Below, one piece after another: positions 18,598-27,859 of a stretch of 64,000 nt of DNA; the first letter of the stretch is position 1, and each line of letters begins with the position of its first letter. The notes under the pieces are model-generated. The model searched no databases. It was not told the DNA's origin and saw only the letters and a program-made list of their open reading frames with translations. Location: NCBI GenBank assembly GCA_041690135.1, contig JAWLHY010000008.1, positions 160,001 to 224,000 on the forward strand, given 5' to 3'. The DNA is from Armatimonadota bacterium. Lineage in GTDB: Bacteria > Armatimonadota > SYMT01. Made by a program: the position numbers and the translations under genes.

Positions 18598-20463
18598 TCA
18601 GACCTCCAGCCCGATCGACCGCATCAACTCCAGGGCATTGCTCTTCTGGACTACGCCGGGGCGCAGGCGGTAGTCGAAGCGCATTTCCCCATCCTCCAGG
18701 TGGTCTTCCAGGTGGACGTTGACGGCGCGCAGGTCCGGCTCCTCCGCAATGCGGGCCAGCGCCAGGTCGTGCGTGGTCACCAGCCCCACGGCCCCGCGAG
18801 CCAATAGTGCCCGGATCACCGCCTCCGCGCCGATCCGGCGGTCATGGGAGTTGGTGCCGTGGAGGATCTCGTCCAGGAGGAAGAGGGCGGGGAAGGAGGT
18901 GGGCAGTGGGCAGTGGGCAGCCGGCGGTGGGCAGTCTGTGTTGGGCACCGGCTGCTCTGCTGGGTATGATCCGGCAAGGTCGACGATCTGGCGGAGGCGC
19001 TTGATTTCGGCGTAGAAGCGGGAGGTGCCTTCCTGTAGGGAGTCCATGGTGCGGAGCGAGGCACCGATGCTGAGGGGAGAGAGTTGCAGGCGCTGCGCTC
19101 GCACCGGCGCACCCGCGAGGCCGAGCACTGCATTGACGCCGACCGTGCGCATCAGCGTGCTTTTCCCCGACATGTTCGAGCCGCTCACCAGCAGCAGGCG
19201 CAGGTCCGGCCCCAGGCGGAGGCTGTTTCGGACCATCTGGTCCGCCGGAAGCAGCGGATGGCCCAGATCCTCCGCGTCGAACACGCAGCCCGAGTCCAGC
19301 ACTTCGGGGAAGGGATCGGCCGGGTGTTCGTAGGCATAGCCCGACAGCGCGACCAATGCCTCCAGTTCTCCGATTCCGGATAGCCACCGCTCCAGCAGGG
19401 GGCCGTTCTCCGCGCGCCACTGCTCGATGCGCAGGGAGAACTGGAGCGACCAGAGGAGAATGAAGGCCAGTAGTGCGAAGACACCATTCCGCTGGGAGTG
19501 CAGCAACGCGACCAGCCGCTCCAGCCGGGCCAACCTTGCGGAGGGGGGCTCGCCGTTTGTCTCCAACCCCGCCCGGAACTCCCGCAGGGAGGGCGCATGG
19601 AACTCCTCCCTTTCCAGTCGTTCCAGCAGGCGAGCCAGCACGGCGAGATCGCGCGCCGGGCGGTCCACAGAGCGAACGACCGCTCCCACCCTTTGGCTGT
19701 AGGGCCAGAGGAAGAGCTGCTCCAGCACGATCATTCCGAGGAGGGGTAGCGGTCCGTACCCTGCGGCCCACAGCCCCGCGGCGCCGACGGTTAACAGTGC
19801 CAGCACGCCTCCCACGATCGGTGCGCTGCGGGAGACCAGCGTAACCGGCGCCTTGCCCCAGGCGATCAGCGCCTCCACGTTCACCCCACTGCGGACTTCC
19901 TCCCCCAGTCGAGCTAGGTCCTCACGAAGGTTGAGGCGGGGTCGCAGGTCGTCCACCGCATCCTGCCGGCCGCGCACCTCCCCGGCGGGCGCGGCCTGGA
20001 GCAGCCACCGGGCCAGGGTCTCCTCTCCGGTGCGGGTTTGGGCCGTGCAGAGGAGTTGGAACAGGGAACCCTTCCCGAAAAGGTCCAGGTCGTCCGCATA
20101 CGGGTGTGCGGGATTCCGGTACTCCTCACCCGTTACGCCCATCCCAGCCCAGCGCTCCTCCAGACGGGCCAGCCCGTGCTCGTAGAACCGCACCGCGCGG
20201 CGGACGTCCTCCAATTGCACCGAAACCCGGTCGTGGATGACTACCAGCGTAGCAAAGGCGAAGACCGGTATGAGCAGCGACAGGGGATGCAGCCCGCGCC
20301 CGAGGACCAGAAGCAGCATCCCGGCGCCGATCAGCGCCACGAACAAGCGGAGATTCGAGATGGACCGGTCCCGCCGCTCGAGGTCGGCCGCCACGGCGGT
20401 CCGCTCCGCAAGGCGGCGGGTGTATTCGGTATGGGGGTCGGTAGGGGAGATGGGTGCAGTCAC
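18598..20463 (-). CDS. Membrane-anchored MutS-related ATPase (MutS domain V, no mismatch-binding domain)
   Basis: N-terminal TMs; HPYADDLDLFGKGSLFQ; GSNMSGKST (Walker A); SRFYAE; LLDEILHGTNS; TTHDL. Confidence 0.92.
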   Translation of the reverse strand: MTAPISPTDPHTEYTRRLAERTAVAADLERRDRSISNLRLFVALIGAGMLLLVLGRGLHPLSLLIPVFAFATLVVIHDRVSVQLEDVRRAVRFYEHGLARLEERWAGMGVTGEEYRNPAHPYADDLDLFGKGSLFQLLCTAQTRTGEETLARWLLQAAPAGEVRGRQDAVDDLRPRLNLREDLARLGEEVRSGVNVEALIAWGKAPVTLVSRSAPIVGGVLALLTVGAAGLWAAGYGPLPLLGMIVLEQLFLWPYSQRVGAVVRSVDRPARDLAVLARLLERLEREEFHAPSLREFRAGLETNGEPPSARLARLERLVALLHSQRNGVFALLAFILLWSLQFSLRIEQWRAENGPLLERWLSGIGELEALVALSGYAYEHPADPFPEVLDSGCVFDAEDLGHPLLPADQMVRNSLRLGPDLRLLLVSGSNMSGKSTLMRTVGVNAVLGLAGAPVRAQRLQLSPLSIGASLRTMDSLQEGTSRFYAEIKRLRQIVDLAGSYPAEQPVPNTDCPPPAAHCPLPTSFPALFLLDEILHGTNSHDRRIGAEAVIRALLARGAVGLVTTHDLALARIAEEPDLRAVNVHLEDHLEDGEMRFDYRLRPGVVQKSNALELMRSIGLEV

Positions 20464-20514
20464 GGTTTACCGAGTTCACCCACCATCCAAGCAATCCCTA
20501 CATCAGGGGAGTGG

Positions 20515-21273
20515 TCAGAGTTGCTCCGGGTCAAGACCCAACTCCGCAAGCCGCGCCGCGAGCCGTTCTGCGCGCGCTCGTTCTTGCTCCGCCCGCGCTC
20601 GTTCTTGCTCCGCCCGCGCTCGTTCTTGCTCCGCCCGCGCTCGTTCTTGCTCCGCAAGTGCGCAAGCATGTTCCGCCCGATCTCGTTCTGAGTCGCGCTG
20701 GCGGGCCAGATCAACATAGGATGCAAACGGGAGACCATCGGGACCGGTAAGGTGCAGGTCGCCACCCGCCAGGGCGAAGCGTACTTTCAGGCGCGGGCTC
20801 ACCCAACCCTCCATATCGGAGATCGGGCGTAGCTCTCCCCCCTTTCGCTGCCAACCGAAGAGGGCGCCACCTTCGGGGTCGTAGAGGTAGTACTCTTCGA
20901 CACCATGCCGCTGATAGAACTTCCACTTGAGGAAGAGCTCTTCGACGGTGTTTCCAGGGGATTGCACCTCGAACACGACCTGCGGGGGAATTCCCCCTTC
21001 CCGGTGCTGGATATAGGATCCCCGGTATCCCTTCGGCCTTCCGAAGACGACCATGGCGTCGGGCGCGGCGCGGACCTTCGGGTTGCCCTGCACCGGGTAC
21101 CACAGCAGATCCCCCGCCACGAATACGTTCGGGTCGTCGCGGAACAGAGCGTCCAGCCCACCCTTGATCGTGGTGATCCACTCGAACTGCAGGGTATTGT
21201 CCGCGATCGGCTTTCCGTCACTTTCCGGATAGACGACATCCTCCCGCGGTGGGAGTGGGGTGATTGTGCTCAT
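20515..21273 (-). CDS. Uma2 family PD-(D/E)xK endonuclease with a coiled-coil repeat tail
   Basis: YPESDGKPIADNTLQF, GDLLWYP, APDAMVVFGRPKGYRGSY, VFEVQSPGN and GVEEYYLYDP. Confidence 0.92.
   Translation of the reverse strand: MSTITPLPPREDVVYPESDGKPIADNTLQFEWITTIKGGLDALFRDDPNVFVAGDLLWYPVQGNPKVRAAPDAMVVFGRPKGYRGSYIQHREGGIPPQVVFEVQSPGNTVEELFLKWKFYQRHGVEEYYLYDPEGGALFGWQRKGGELRPISDMEGWVSPRLKVRFALAGGDLHLTGPDGLPFASYVDLARQRDSERDRAEHACALAEQERARAEQERARAEQERARAEQERARAERLAARLAELGLDPEQL
20573..20655. repeat. 21-bp tandem repeat x4 encoding (AEQERAR)n
   Basis: CGCGCTCGTTCTTGCTCCGCC repeated; the last copy is 20 nt. Confidence 0.92.
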
Positions 21274-21460
21274 ACTGGCGCACCTGCTGCAGCTAGCGGT
21301 CGGGCTTCCACTGTACGACTTCCTCAATGGGCGAGACTCGCCAGATCATGATACCCGGACGTGAAGGAAGGCGGCAACCGCCGCCTGGAGGCCGTGTCCC
21401 ACAGAACTGATCCCCTGCACCGGACTGGAAAATTCTGATACCAGCGGCGACGCCGGGCGT

Positions 21461-21634
21461 AGCCCCCGTCCGAGGACCGGGAGCAGCATCCCGGCGCCGA
21501 TCAGCGCCACGACGAGGAGGAGGTTCGAGATGGACCGGTCGCGCCGCTCGAGGACGTCCGCCACGGCGGTCCGCTCCACCAGAAGACGGGGGGTATTCGG
21601 CATCGGGATCGGAAGGGGAAATGGGTGCCGTCAC
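21461..21634 (-). pseudogene. Frameshifted 5' fragment duplicating the start of the MutS-like gene
   Basis: 21461-21651 aligns to 20291-20480 (hand count: 26 mismatches and 1 indel over 190 nt). It reads MTAPISPSDP..., then after a +1 frameshift continues ERTAVADVLERRDRSISNL. Confidence 0.85.
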
Positions 21635-21798
21635 GGTTTACTGTGTTCACCCCTCGGCAACCCGATACCTACTGGAAGGTGAAGTGCAAAGAACCGGGGC
21701 AAGGCCTCCGTTTCCTCTCACAGTTGTGGATCGGTTCCCCTGCAACACGGCCGGTTCACCGGCGTCACATAAGGCAATGCGGGAGGGATGGACGGACC

Positions 21799-23211
21799 AT
21801 GCTGGAACTCCACAAGAGCCACGGGGGAGCCCACTGCGACCTCCTCTCGCGCCGGAAGGTGCTGGAGGTCGGCACCCTGGGCATCGTCGGCCTCTCCCTC
21901 TCCGGCCTCCTCCGCGCCGAAGCTGCCCCTGCATCTCCAGTTCCCAACCCCCGGTCCCTAACCCCGCGAGCACCGCGAGCCCAGAATTGCATCATACTCT
22001 TCCTGAACGGCGGTCCGAGCCACCTCGACATGTGGGACATGAAGCCGGACGCGCCGGCCGAAGTCCGGGGGGAGTTCACGGCGATCCCCACCGCGGTCGC
22101 GGGAATCCAGATGTCGGAGCACCTGCCCCGGTTGGCGAAACTGGCAGGGGACTACTCGCTGCTCCGGTCACTCCACCACCGGGTCAGCAACGCCCACGCC
22201 GCCGCGGTCTACACCACCCTCACGGGGGACGACCGTGGCGATGCCACGGTGGCCATCGGGTTCAATCAGAAGGACTTTCCCTCCATCGGTTCCGTGGTTA
22301 GCCGGGTCTATCCGCCGCGCCAGGCGATGGTGCCCTACGTCTCGCTGCCGTATCGCACGAAAGAGGGGGCGGGCGGCCCTCCGCAGCCGGGCTTCTACGG
22401 AGGATGGATGGGGCAGCAGTACGATCCGCTCTTCATCGAGAAGGACCCCAACGCCGCGGACTTCAGCCTGCCGGAGTTGACCCTCCCGCAGGGTTTCACC
22501 CCGCGCCGGGTGCAGGCGCGGAGGCGGATTCTGCAGTCGGTTAACCAGGAATTGGACTCGCTGGTCCGCGACGTCGGGTTTACCGCCCTCGATGCGTTCC
22601 AGCAACGCGCCCTTGAGTTGATCACGTCGGACCAGACCCGGCGCGCTTTCGACATCCATCAGGAGCCACAGAACATTCGGGAGAGCTATGGTCGCAACGT
22701 CTACGGCCAGAGCGTGCTGCTAGGCCGCCGCCTGATCGAAGCTGGCTGCCGTGTGGTGACCATATCCTGGGCGCCCGACGCGAACGCCACCTGGGATACC
22801 CACGGCAATAACTTCAAGAGCTTGAAGGGCACCCTGTTGCCGCAACTGGACGCCTGCCTGTCGTCACTTCTAGCGGATCTGAAGGACCGCGGCCTGCTGG
22901 AGGATACGCTCGTAGTGTGCATGGGCGAGTTCGGTCGTACGCCCAAAGTCAACGGCAATGCAGGGCGCGATCACTACCCCGGCTGTTACTCGCTCCTGTT
23001 GGCCGGGGGCGGCGTGCGGGGCGGCCGGGTGGTGGGCCAGTCCGACTCCCTCGGCGCCGAGCCCGCGGAAAACCCCCTCACCCCACAGGACGTGATCGCG
23101 ACCCTCTATCACCTGCTCGGGATCTCTCCGGAAACGCAGTTCCTCGATCCGCTGGACCGGCCGCTCCCCATATTGAATGGCCATGGGCGGTTCATTCACG
23201 AGTTGGTCTGA
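21799..23211 (+). CDS. DUF1501 family protein
   Basis: SRRKVL leader; FLNGGPSHLDMWDMKP, ESYG...GRRLIEAG, WDTH and GEFGRTPKVN..GRDH. Confidence 0.93.
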   Translation: MLELHKSHGGAHCDLLSRRKVLEVGTLGIVGLSLSGLLRAEAAPASPVPNPRSLTPRAPRAQNCIILFLNGGPSHLDMWDMKPDAPAEVRGEFTAIPTAVAGIQMSEHLPRLAKLAGDYSLLRSLHHRVSNAHAAAVYTTLTGDDRGDATVAIGFNQKDFPSIGSVVSRVYPPRQAMVPYVSLPYRTKEGAGGPPQPGFYGGWMGQQYDPLFIEKDPNAADFSLPELTLPQGFTPRRVQARRRILQSVNQELDSLVRDVGFTALDAFQQRALELITSDQTRRAFDIHQEPQNIRESYGRNVYGQSVLLGRRLIEAGCRVVTISWAPDANATWDTHGNNFKSLKGTLLPQLDACLSSLLADLKDRGLLEDTLVVCMGEFGRTPKVNGNAGRDHYPGCYSLLLAGGGVRGGRVVGQSDSLGAEPAENPLTPQDVIATLYHLLGISPETQFLDPLDRPLPILNGHGRFIHELV

Positions 23212-23273
23212 ACCCCGTTCGAAACTCGCCTCTAGCGGGTAGGACCAGTCGTAGCTTTCACGGAGGCGGGCCA

Positions 23274-23561
23274 ATGATCATTGTCGAGAAGTACTGCGAT
23301 ACCTGTGGGATGCAATTCGACTGGGCGGGAGTGACTCTGGGGGACCTGGTCTATTGTTGTGCGGGATGTGCCCGCGGCGGCCCCTGCATCTGCGGGGCCC
23401 CCAGCCAGACCGTGGTGGCCGGCGGTCCCACGGTCGTTTCCAGCGGCGGAACCACCGTGGTCACCCAGGGTGGCACCACCGTCGTGACCCGGGGTGGGGG
23501 AGTGGTCGGCGGACCCACGGCGGTAGTGCCGGGGAGCGACGATACGATCATCGTCGGATAA
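23274..23561 (+). CDS. Metallothionein-like Cys-rich protein with a GGTTVV-repeat tail
   Basis: GGAGG RBS; MIIVEKYCDTCGMQFDWAGVTLGDLVYCCAGCARGGPCICG; paralog at 39269. Confidence 0.8.
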   Translation: MIIVEKYCDTCGMQFDWAGVTLGDLVYCCAGCARGGPCICGAPSQTVVAGGPTVVSSGGTTVVTQGGTTVVTRGGGVVGGPTAVVPGSDDTIIVG

Positions 23562-23726
23562 CGGAAAGCCTCTCACAGGAGGTTGGCGCGCGCGAAGCGC
23601 CCGGCAAGCCGCTCAGCAGGGTGGAGCCGGGCGTTTGTGCGCCACTGATGAGCCGGTATCCCCGACGCGACCCGGAGTAGCGGCCGTCCGGCGTGACGGC
23701 CAGCCATTTCCTGGAGTTGTTGATAC

Positions 23727-24047
23727 TCAATCGCTGCTGCTGCTGTCCCCGCTATCGCTTATGCAATCACCCCCGCTGTCGTGGTGGTGATCATGGTGAT
23801 GATGGTCGTGTCCCGGATGCTCGCAATGGGAGCGGTGGTGGCGGGAGTCGTCGTCCGTGGTCGAATTGCTCCAGTAGGTGTTGTTTCGGTCCCAATCCGA
23901 GTCGCGCGAGCGATCCGGCCGGGGAGCGATTCGCGACCCACCCCCCACTCGGGAGCTTCGGCCTTTACTCCGCTTGCCGCCAGTCAGTAGTCGCTTCACG
24001 GCCCAGCCCGCGACAACCACGCCGACGATGATGTGGGCTGGCTCCAT
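23727..24047 (-). CDS. Small membrane-anchored protein with a His-rich, Asp/Ser-rich tail
   Basis: GAGGGG RBS; MEPAHIIVGVVVAGWAVK hydrophobic start; HHRSHCEHPGHDHHHHDHHHD. Confidence 0.65.
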   Translation of the reverse strand: MEPAHIIVGVVVAGWAVKRLLTGGKRSKGRSSRVGGGSRIAPRPDRSRDSDWDRNNTYWSNSTTDDDSRHHRSHCEHPGHDHHHHDHHHDSGGDCISDSGDSSSSD

Positions 24048-24171
24048 GAGAGGACCCCTCCAGAGTGCCCGGCCGTCCGCTGATAGCGACAAGCAGACAG
24101 GATCACTACCCTACTACCGGTATCCTTCCAGCAAACGACGTACAATCGAAGGAGAGATACCGGGAAAAGCG

Positions 24172-24738
24172 ATGCCCCTCGAACACCACGGTGCCGAAAC
24201 CGAAGCCGCCTCCGTTCGTCTGTCGCCGGACGAGCTCCAGGCGTTAATGAGCGACGCCATTCGCCGCCACGGTCAGGCCGAACGCGCGGCCGATCCGGTG
24301 GACCGCTCGCTCGCCACGCTGGATGACGCCTACGAAATCGCGCGCCAGCTCAACATCCCGGAAGAGCACGTTCGGGCCGCTGTGGCCGAACGGCAGAAAG
24401 GGAAGCTCCGCGAGCAAAAGCGTGAAGTGATCCGGCGCCGCCGGCAGAGGCACTTCTTCGCCACCCTCGGAATTGCCCTGATCGCCACCCTGGGATTGCT
24501 CATCGGCGGGATGCAGGTGAGCCTGGGCGGGTTAGCGGTGCTCCTCTGGGTCGCGGCTCTGATTCTGGGCTTCCAGGCGAAAGCCGCACGTATCGCGGAC
24601 GCCGATGCAGACCGAGTCGATCTTCCCCCGCAGCCGGGCACCTGCCGGGTCTGCGGCGCCGCCGCCTACAACGAGCGCGCCACCTTTTGCGACCAGCACC
24701 GCTACCGGGGACCCCGAAGCCCAGGGGTCGCTGCTTAG
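24172..24738 (+). CDS. Hypothetical 2-TM protein with a C-terminal CxxC...CxxH zinc finger
   Basis: TLDDAYEIARQLNIPEEHVRAA helical domain; two TMs; CRVCG...FCDQH. Confidence 0.7.
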   Translation: MPLEHHGAETEAASVRLSPDELQALMSDAIRRHGQAERAADPVDRSLATLDDAYEIARQLNIPEEHVRAAVAERQKGKLREQKREVIRRRRQRHFFATLGIALIATLGLLIGGMQVSLGGLAVLLWVAALILGFQAKAARIADADADRVDLPPQPGTCRVCGAAAYNERATFCDQHRYRGPRSPGVAA

Positions 24739-24845
24739 CAATGCGCAACTTTAGCTCGTGATAGCAGCCCGGGACTGTACTCCTTGCTGATGGGCGAGAA
24801 TGCGCCCACGCAGGTGGGCAGCGTGCGGTTCCCGAGCCCGGAGGT

Positions 24846-25760
24846 TCAGCTCCGGTCGCTTTCCTCCATGAGCGCCCGCGCCAGTGCCAGGGGCTCCTCG
24901 TTGCCGCTTTTTAGCACGAAAAGCGCGATGGCTACGGGATAGGCGGCCCACCACTCCGCGGCATGCTCCTCGAGCTGGGGCCACACTGGCCCACCCGCAC
25001 GCTCGTATTGCTCCAGCAACGCGCTGAAGACCGGCGCCTCTAAGATGAAGCTGCACATCGCAAAGTCAATCGCCGGGTCGGTGACGCGGCTCTCGGTCCA
25101 GTCGAGCAGCCCGCAAACTCGGTGGTCTGGTCCCACCAGGATATGACCCGGGTGGAGATCCCCGTGGATCAACGCCGGCTGCACCGGCCAATAGGTGCCG
25201 TCCGCCAGCCAGGTCTGCCACCGTCGCCATAGGGAAGGGGGAACCAGGAGCAGATCCCGCGTGCGGTCCATGTCGCGCGCGAGTTCCTCACGAACTTCTT
25301 CAATCTGCTGCACTCGCAGCCCTGCGGCGGTCGCGACTCCAAGAGGAATGCGGTGCAGCGCGGCCATGGCGTTCGCCAGCGAATCGATGAAGGGGTTGGG
25401 GGAGGGGGTGAGATCCGGAACCCACGCATATTGGACCGCTTCCGGGTCGAGCACCGCGGCTTGCTCCCCCTCGAGACGTGGGTACGCGATCAATTGTTCC
25501 GAATGCACTTGCCACTCCGGCACACCTACTGACAGCCGGGTGCGCACCAGGTTGAGGATTCGCCCCTCGACTTGAGCCGCCTCGACCACATCAGCCCGCC
25601 GGGGCGTGCGCACGATCCAGGCAACACCCGCTTCATCCACCGCGTGCAGGGCTCGGAAATCCATCCCGGACTCATCCAATCCCGCGGTCTCGCGGCGCAG
25701 ACGCAAGCCATGCCTGCGGGCCAGCTCCAGGAGTTCGTCGGTTGTATCCAGGCTCATCAT
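24846..25760 (-). CDS. Macrolide 2'-phosphotransferase-like protein (APH/Mph kinase family)
   Basis: ESGMDF, WIVRTPRRADV, LIAYP, WQTWLADGTYWP, IHGDLHPGHILV and LDWTE..DPAIDF. Confidence 0.85.
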   Translation of the reverse strand: MMSLDTTDELLELARRHGLRLRRETAGLDESGMDFRALHAVDEAGVAWIVRTPRRADVVEAAQVEGRILNLVRTRLSVGVPEWQVHSEQLIAYPRLEGEQAAVLDPEAVQYAWVPDLTPSPNPFIDSLANAMAALHRIPLGVATAAGLRVQQIEEVREELARDMDRTRDLLLVPPSLWRRWQTWLADGTYWPVQPALIHGDLHPGHILVGPDHRVCGLLDWTESRVTDPAIDFAMCSFILEAPVFSALLEQYERAGGPVWPQLEEHAAEWWAAYPVAIALFVLKSGNEEPLALARALMEESDRS

Positions 25761-25977
25761 CCTTCTCGCAGAGGGGTTGCCACTCTATACCGTTCACCAG
25801 GGCCTCAACGCTTATGACGAAATGCGCGCACCACTCTACAGCACCAGCCTGACCTCATTTTCCCGAAGGGAGACCCCATCCCGCCCCCCAACTGATCCAT
25901 GACTCCGCGTATCTGAATGCCAGCTCTTCCCACCCAAAGAGTAAACCCCTGCCGGCATGCCGAATACCTAACGCCCA

Positions 25978-27444
25978 ATGCCTGACGCCCGCATTTCTGA
26001 ATACCCCACGCCCACTTCGCTGGTCCGCTTCGGCCACTCCCGCGTCGAGATCTCCCCGCCCGTGGGGATCTATCACCGAATGTGGGGTGCGGCCCGGCAT
26101 GACCGCGCGACCGGCGTCCACCGCCCCCTGTGCGGAGATGTACTGGCGTTTGCGCCTCTCGAGACGGATCGGGCGGGCTCATTCGGGCTTCCGGTGCTCC
26201 GAGTCTGCGTCGATCTCGTGGGCCTGATGCGTCGGCAGTACGCGGAGCTGGTGACCACGCTAGCGACCGCCGCGAGCTTACCGGAGGAGAATGTCGTCGT
26301 CACCTTTTCTCACAGCCACTCCGCTGGATATTTCGTGCCCAACCGGATCCCGCTCCCCGGTGGAGAGTTGATCCCCGGCTACCTGGCGACGCTCCACGAA
26401 AAGCTGGCCAGCGCCGCGCAGGAAGCCGTTTCGCACCTTCAGGAAGCGGCAATCTCTTTCGCGTCCGGTCAGTGCGGGATGAACGCCCACCGGGACACGT
26501 GGGACCCTGAATACGGGGGCTACGTCTGCGGGTTCAACCCGGAAATACGAGGGGATGCTACCCTGATCGCCGCCCGGGTAACGGACCGATCAGGGTGCAC
26601 GCTCGCTTCTCTGGTGAATTACGGCTGTCACCCCACCACCCTGGCGTGGGAGAATACCCTGCTCAGTCCCGATTATCCCGGCGCGATGAGGGAGTTGGTC
26701 GAGCGGGAAACCGGCGCGCCGTGCATCTTCGCCCTGGGGGCATGTGGGGATCTCGGTCCCCGCCGTGGGTTCGTCGGTGACTCCGCGATAGCAGATCAGA
26801 ACGGTCGCGAGCTGGGGTATGCCGCGCTCGCGACTCTCACCGGTTTGGGCCCACCGGAAACGGACCTCACCTATACCGGTCCCGTGATCTCCGGGGCGAC
26901 CCTCGGCACGTGGGCGGACCGGCCCCTCTCACCGGAACGCCGGCGCGCCGCCCGCCAGTTCTTCCATGGAAGTTATCAGGTCGAGCTTCCCTTGAAGTCC
27001 CTGCCCACCCCAGAACAACTGCGGACAGAAGTCGCGCAGTGGGAGGCTCGCCGCCAGGAGGCCGAAGCCGCTGGAAATGCGGTCACCGCACGCGACTGCG
27101 GCGCCCGTGCGGAGCGAGCCCGCCGGTGGACCGGCCGCGTCGAGGAGCTGTCCGGCCATGACTCTTACCCGATGCCTTTCTCCATCTTGCGGATGGGAGA
27201 CGCCGCCTGGGTGACCTGTGCCGGCGAGCCATACAGCGCCCTCCAGGTGGAGTTGCGGAAGCGGTTTCCCGCAAAGGTGGTTCTGGTCTCCCCGCTGGCC
27301 GGCGCCATGGAGATCGCCTACATCCTGCCCCGCGAGAGGTACGGACTGGGCCTCTATCAGGAAGAGCCCTCCATCCTCGCCCCCGGCTGTCTGGAAACTC
27401 TCGCCGAAGCCATCACCGATCGTATCCAGGAGATGAATGATTGA
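25978..27444 (+). CDS. Neutral/alkaline ceramidase-like hypothetical hydrolase
   Basis: ISPPVG, SHSHSA, VNYGCHPT, SPDYPG, GACGDLGP and GEPY motifs. Confidence 0.75.
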   Translation: MPDARISEYPTPTSLVRFGHSRVEISPPVGIYHRMWGAARHDRATGVHRPLCGDVLAFAPLETDRAGSFGLPVLRVCVDLVGLMRRQYAELVTTLATAASLPEENVVVTFSHSHSAGYFVPNRIPLPGGELIPGYLATLHEKLASAAQEAVSHLQEAAISFASGQCGMNAHRDTWDPEYGGYVCGFNPEIRGDATLIAARVTDRSGCTLASLVNYGCHPTTLAWENTLLSPDYPGAMRELVERETGAPCIFALGACGDLGPRRGFVGDSAIADQNGRELGYAALATLTGLGPPETDLTYTGPVISGATLGTWADRPLSPERRRAARQFFHGSYQVELPLKSLPTPEQLRTEVAQWEARRQEAEAAGNAVTARDCGARAERARRWTGRVEELSGHDSYPMPFSILRMGDAAWVTCAGEPYSALQVELRKRFPAKVVLVSPLAGAMEIAYILPRERYGLGLYQEEPSILAPGCLETLAEAITDRIQEMND

Positions 27445-27764
27445 TCCCGGAACCTCTCCCTACCCCCTTTTCCGAAGAGTGGATCCGAAAGCTCGAGCTC
27501 GGCGAACGGGTTCTCGCCCCGGAAAGCGCAGAACGGAAAATGCGCGCGCACGCCGCGGAATCGACCCCCGAGCAGTTCGCCGCGTTGCACGGCCCGAACA
27601 CCCTTGTCTTTGGTTTTCCGCGCTATATCTTCCGTGATCCGGAGCTCGACGCCTGGGTCCAGGAAGTGGGTTCCATCCTCCGCGACCCGGACCGCCTGGA
27701 TTCCTGCATGCGCCGTCACTTGTCCGCCGAGGACTATGAGCGGGCGCGTAGCGACATGGAGTGA
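27441..27764 (+). CDS. Hypothetical protein
   Basis: 107 aa ORF overlapping the upstream stop by 4 bp; AGGAG upstream; protein-like composition. Confidence 0.55.
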   Translation: MIPEPLPTPFSEEWIRKLELGERVLAPESAERKMRAHAAESTPEQFAALHGPNTLVFGFPRYIFRDPELDAWVQEVGSILRDPDRLDSCMRRHLSAEDYERARSDME

Positions 27765-27859
27765 GACACGGGAGGACTCTGTCGTCTCATCCGCCAAACC
27801 TGACCCCGGAACTGCGAGCATACCCGGCGGTATTGCGACCCGGACACAGGAGATCCCTC

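Noticed and set aside
18598-20463. Canonical mismatch-repair mutS
   Set aside because: Lacks the mismatch-binding and clamp domains and has TM helices, so no gene symbol was given.
20573-20655. 21-bp repeats as a CRISPR array, and the overlapping repeat ORFs (RSKNERG)n and (LVLAPPA)n
   Set aside because: No spacers; it is the coding coiled-coil tail common in Uma2 proteins, and the other frames are by-products.
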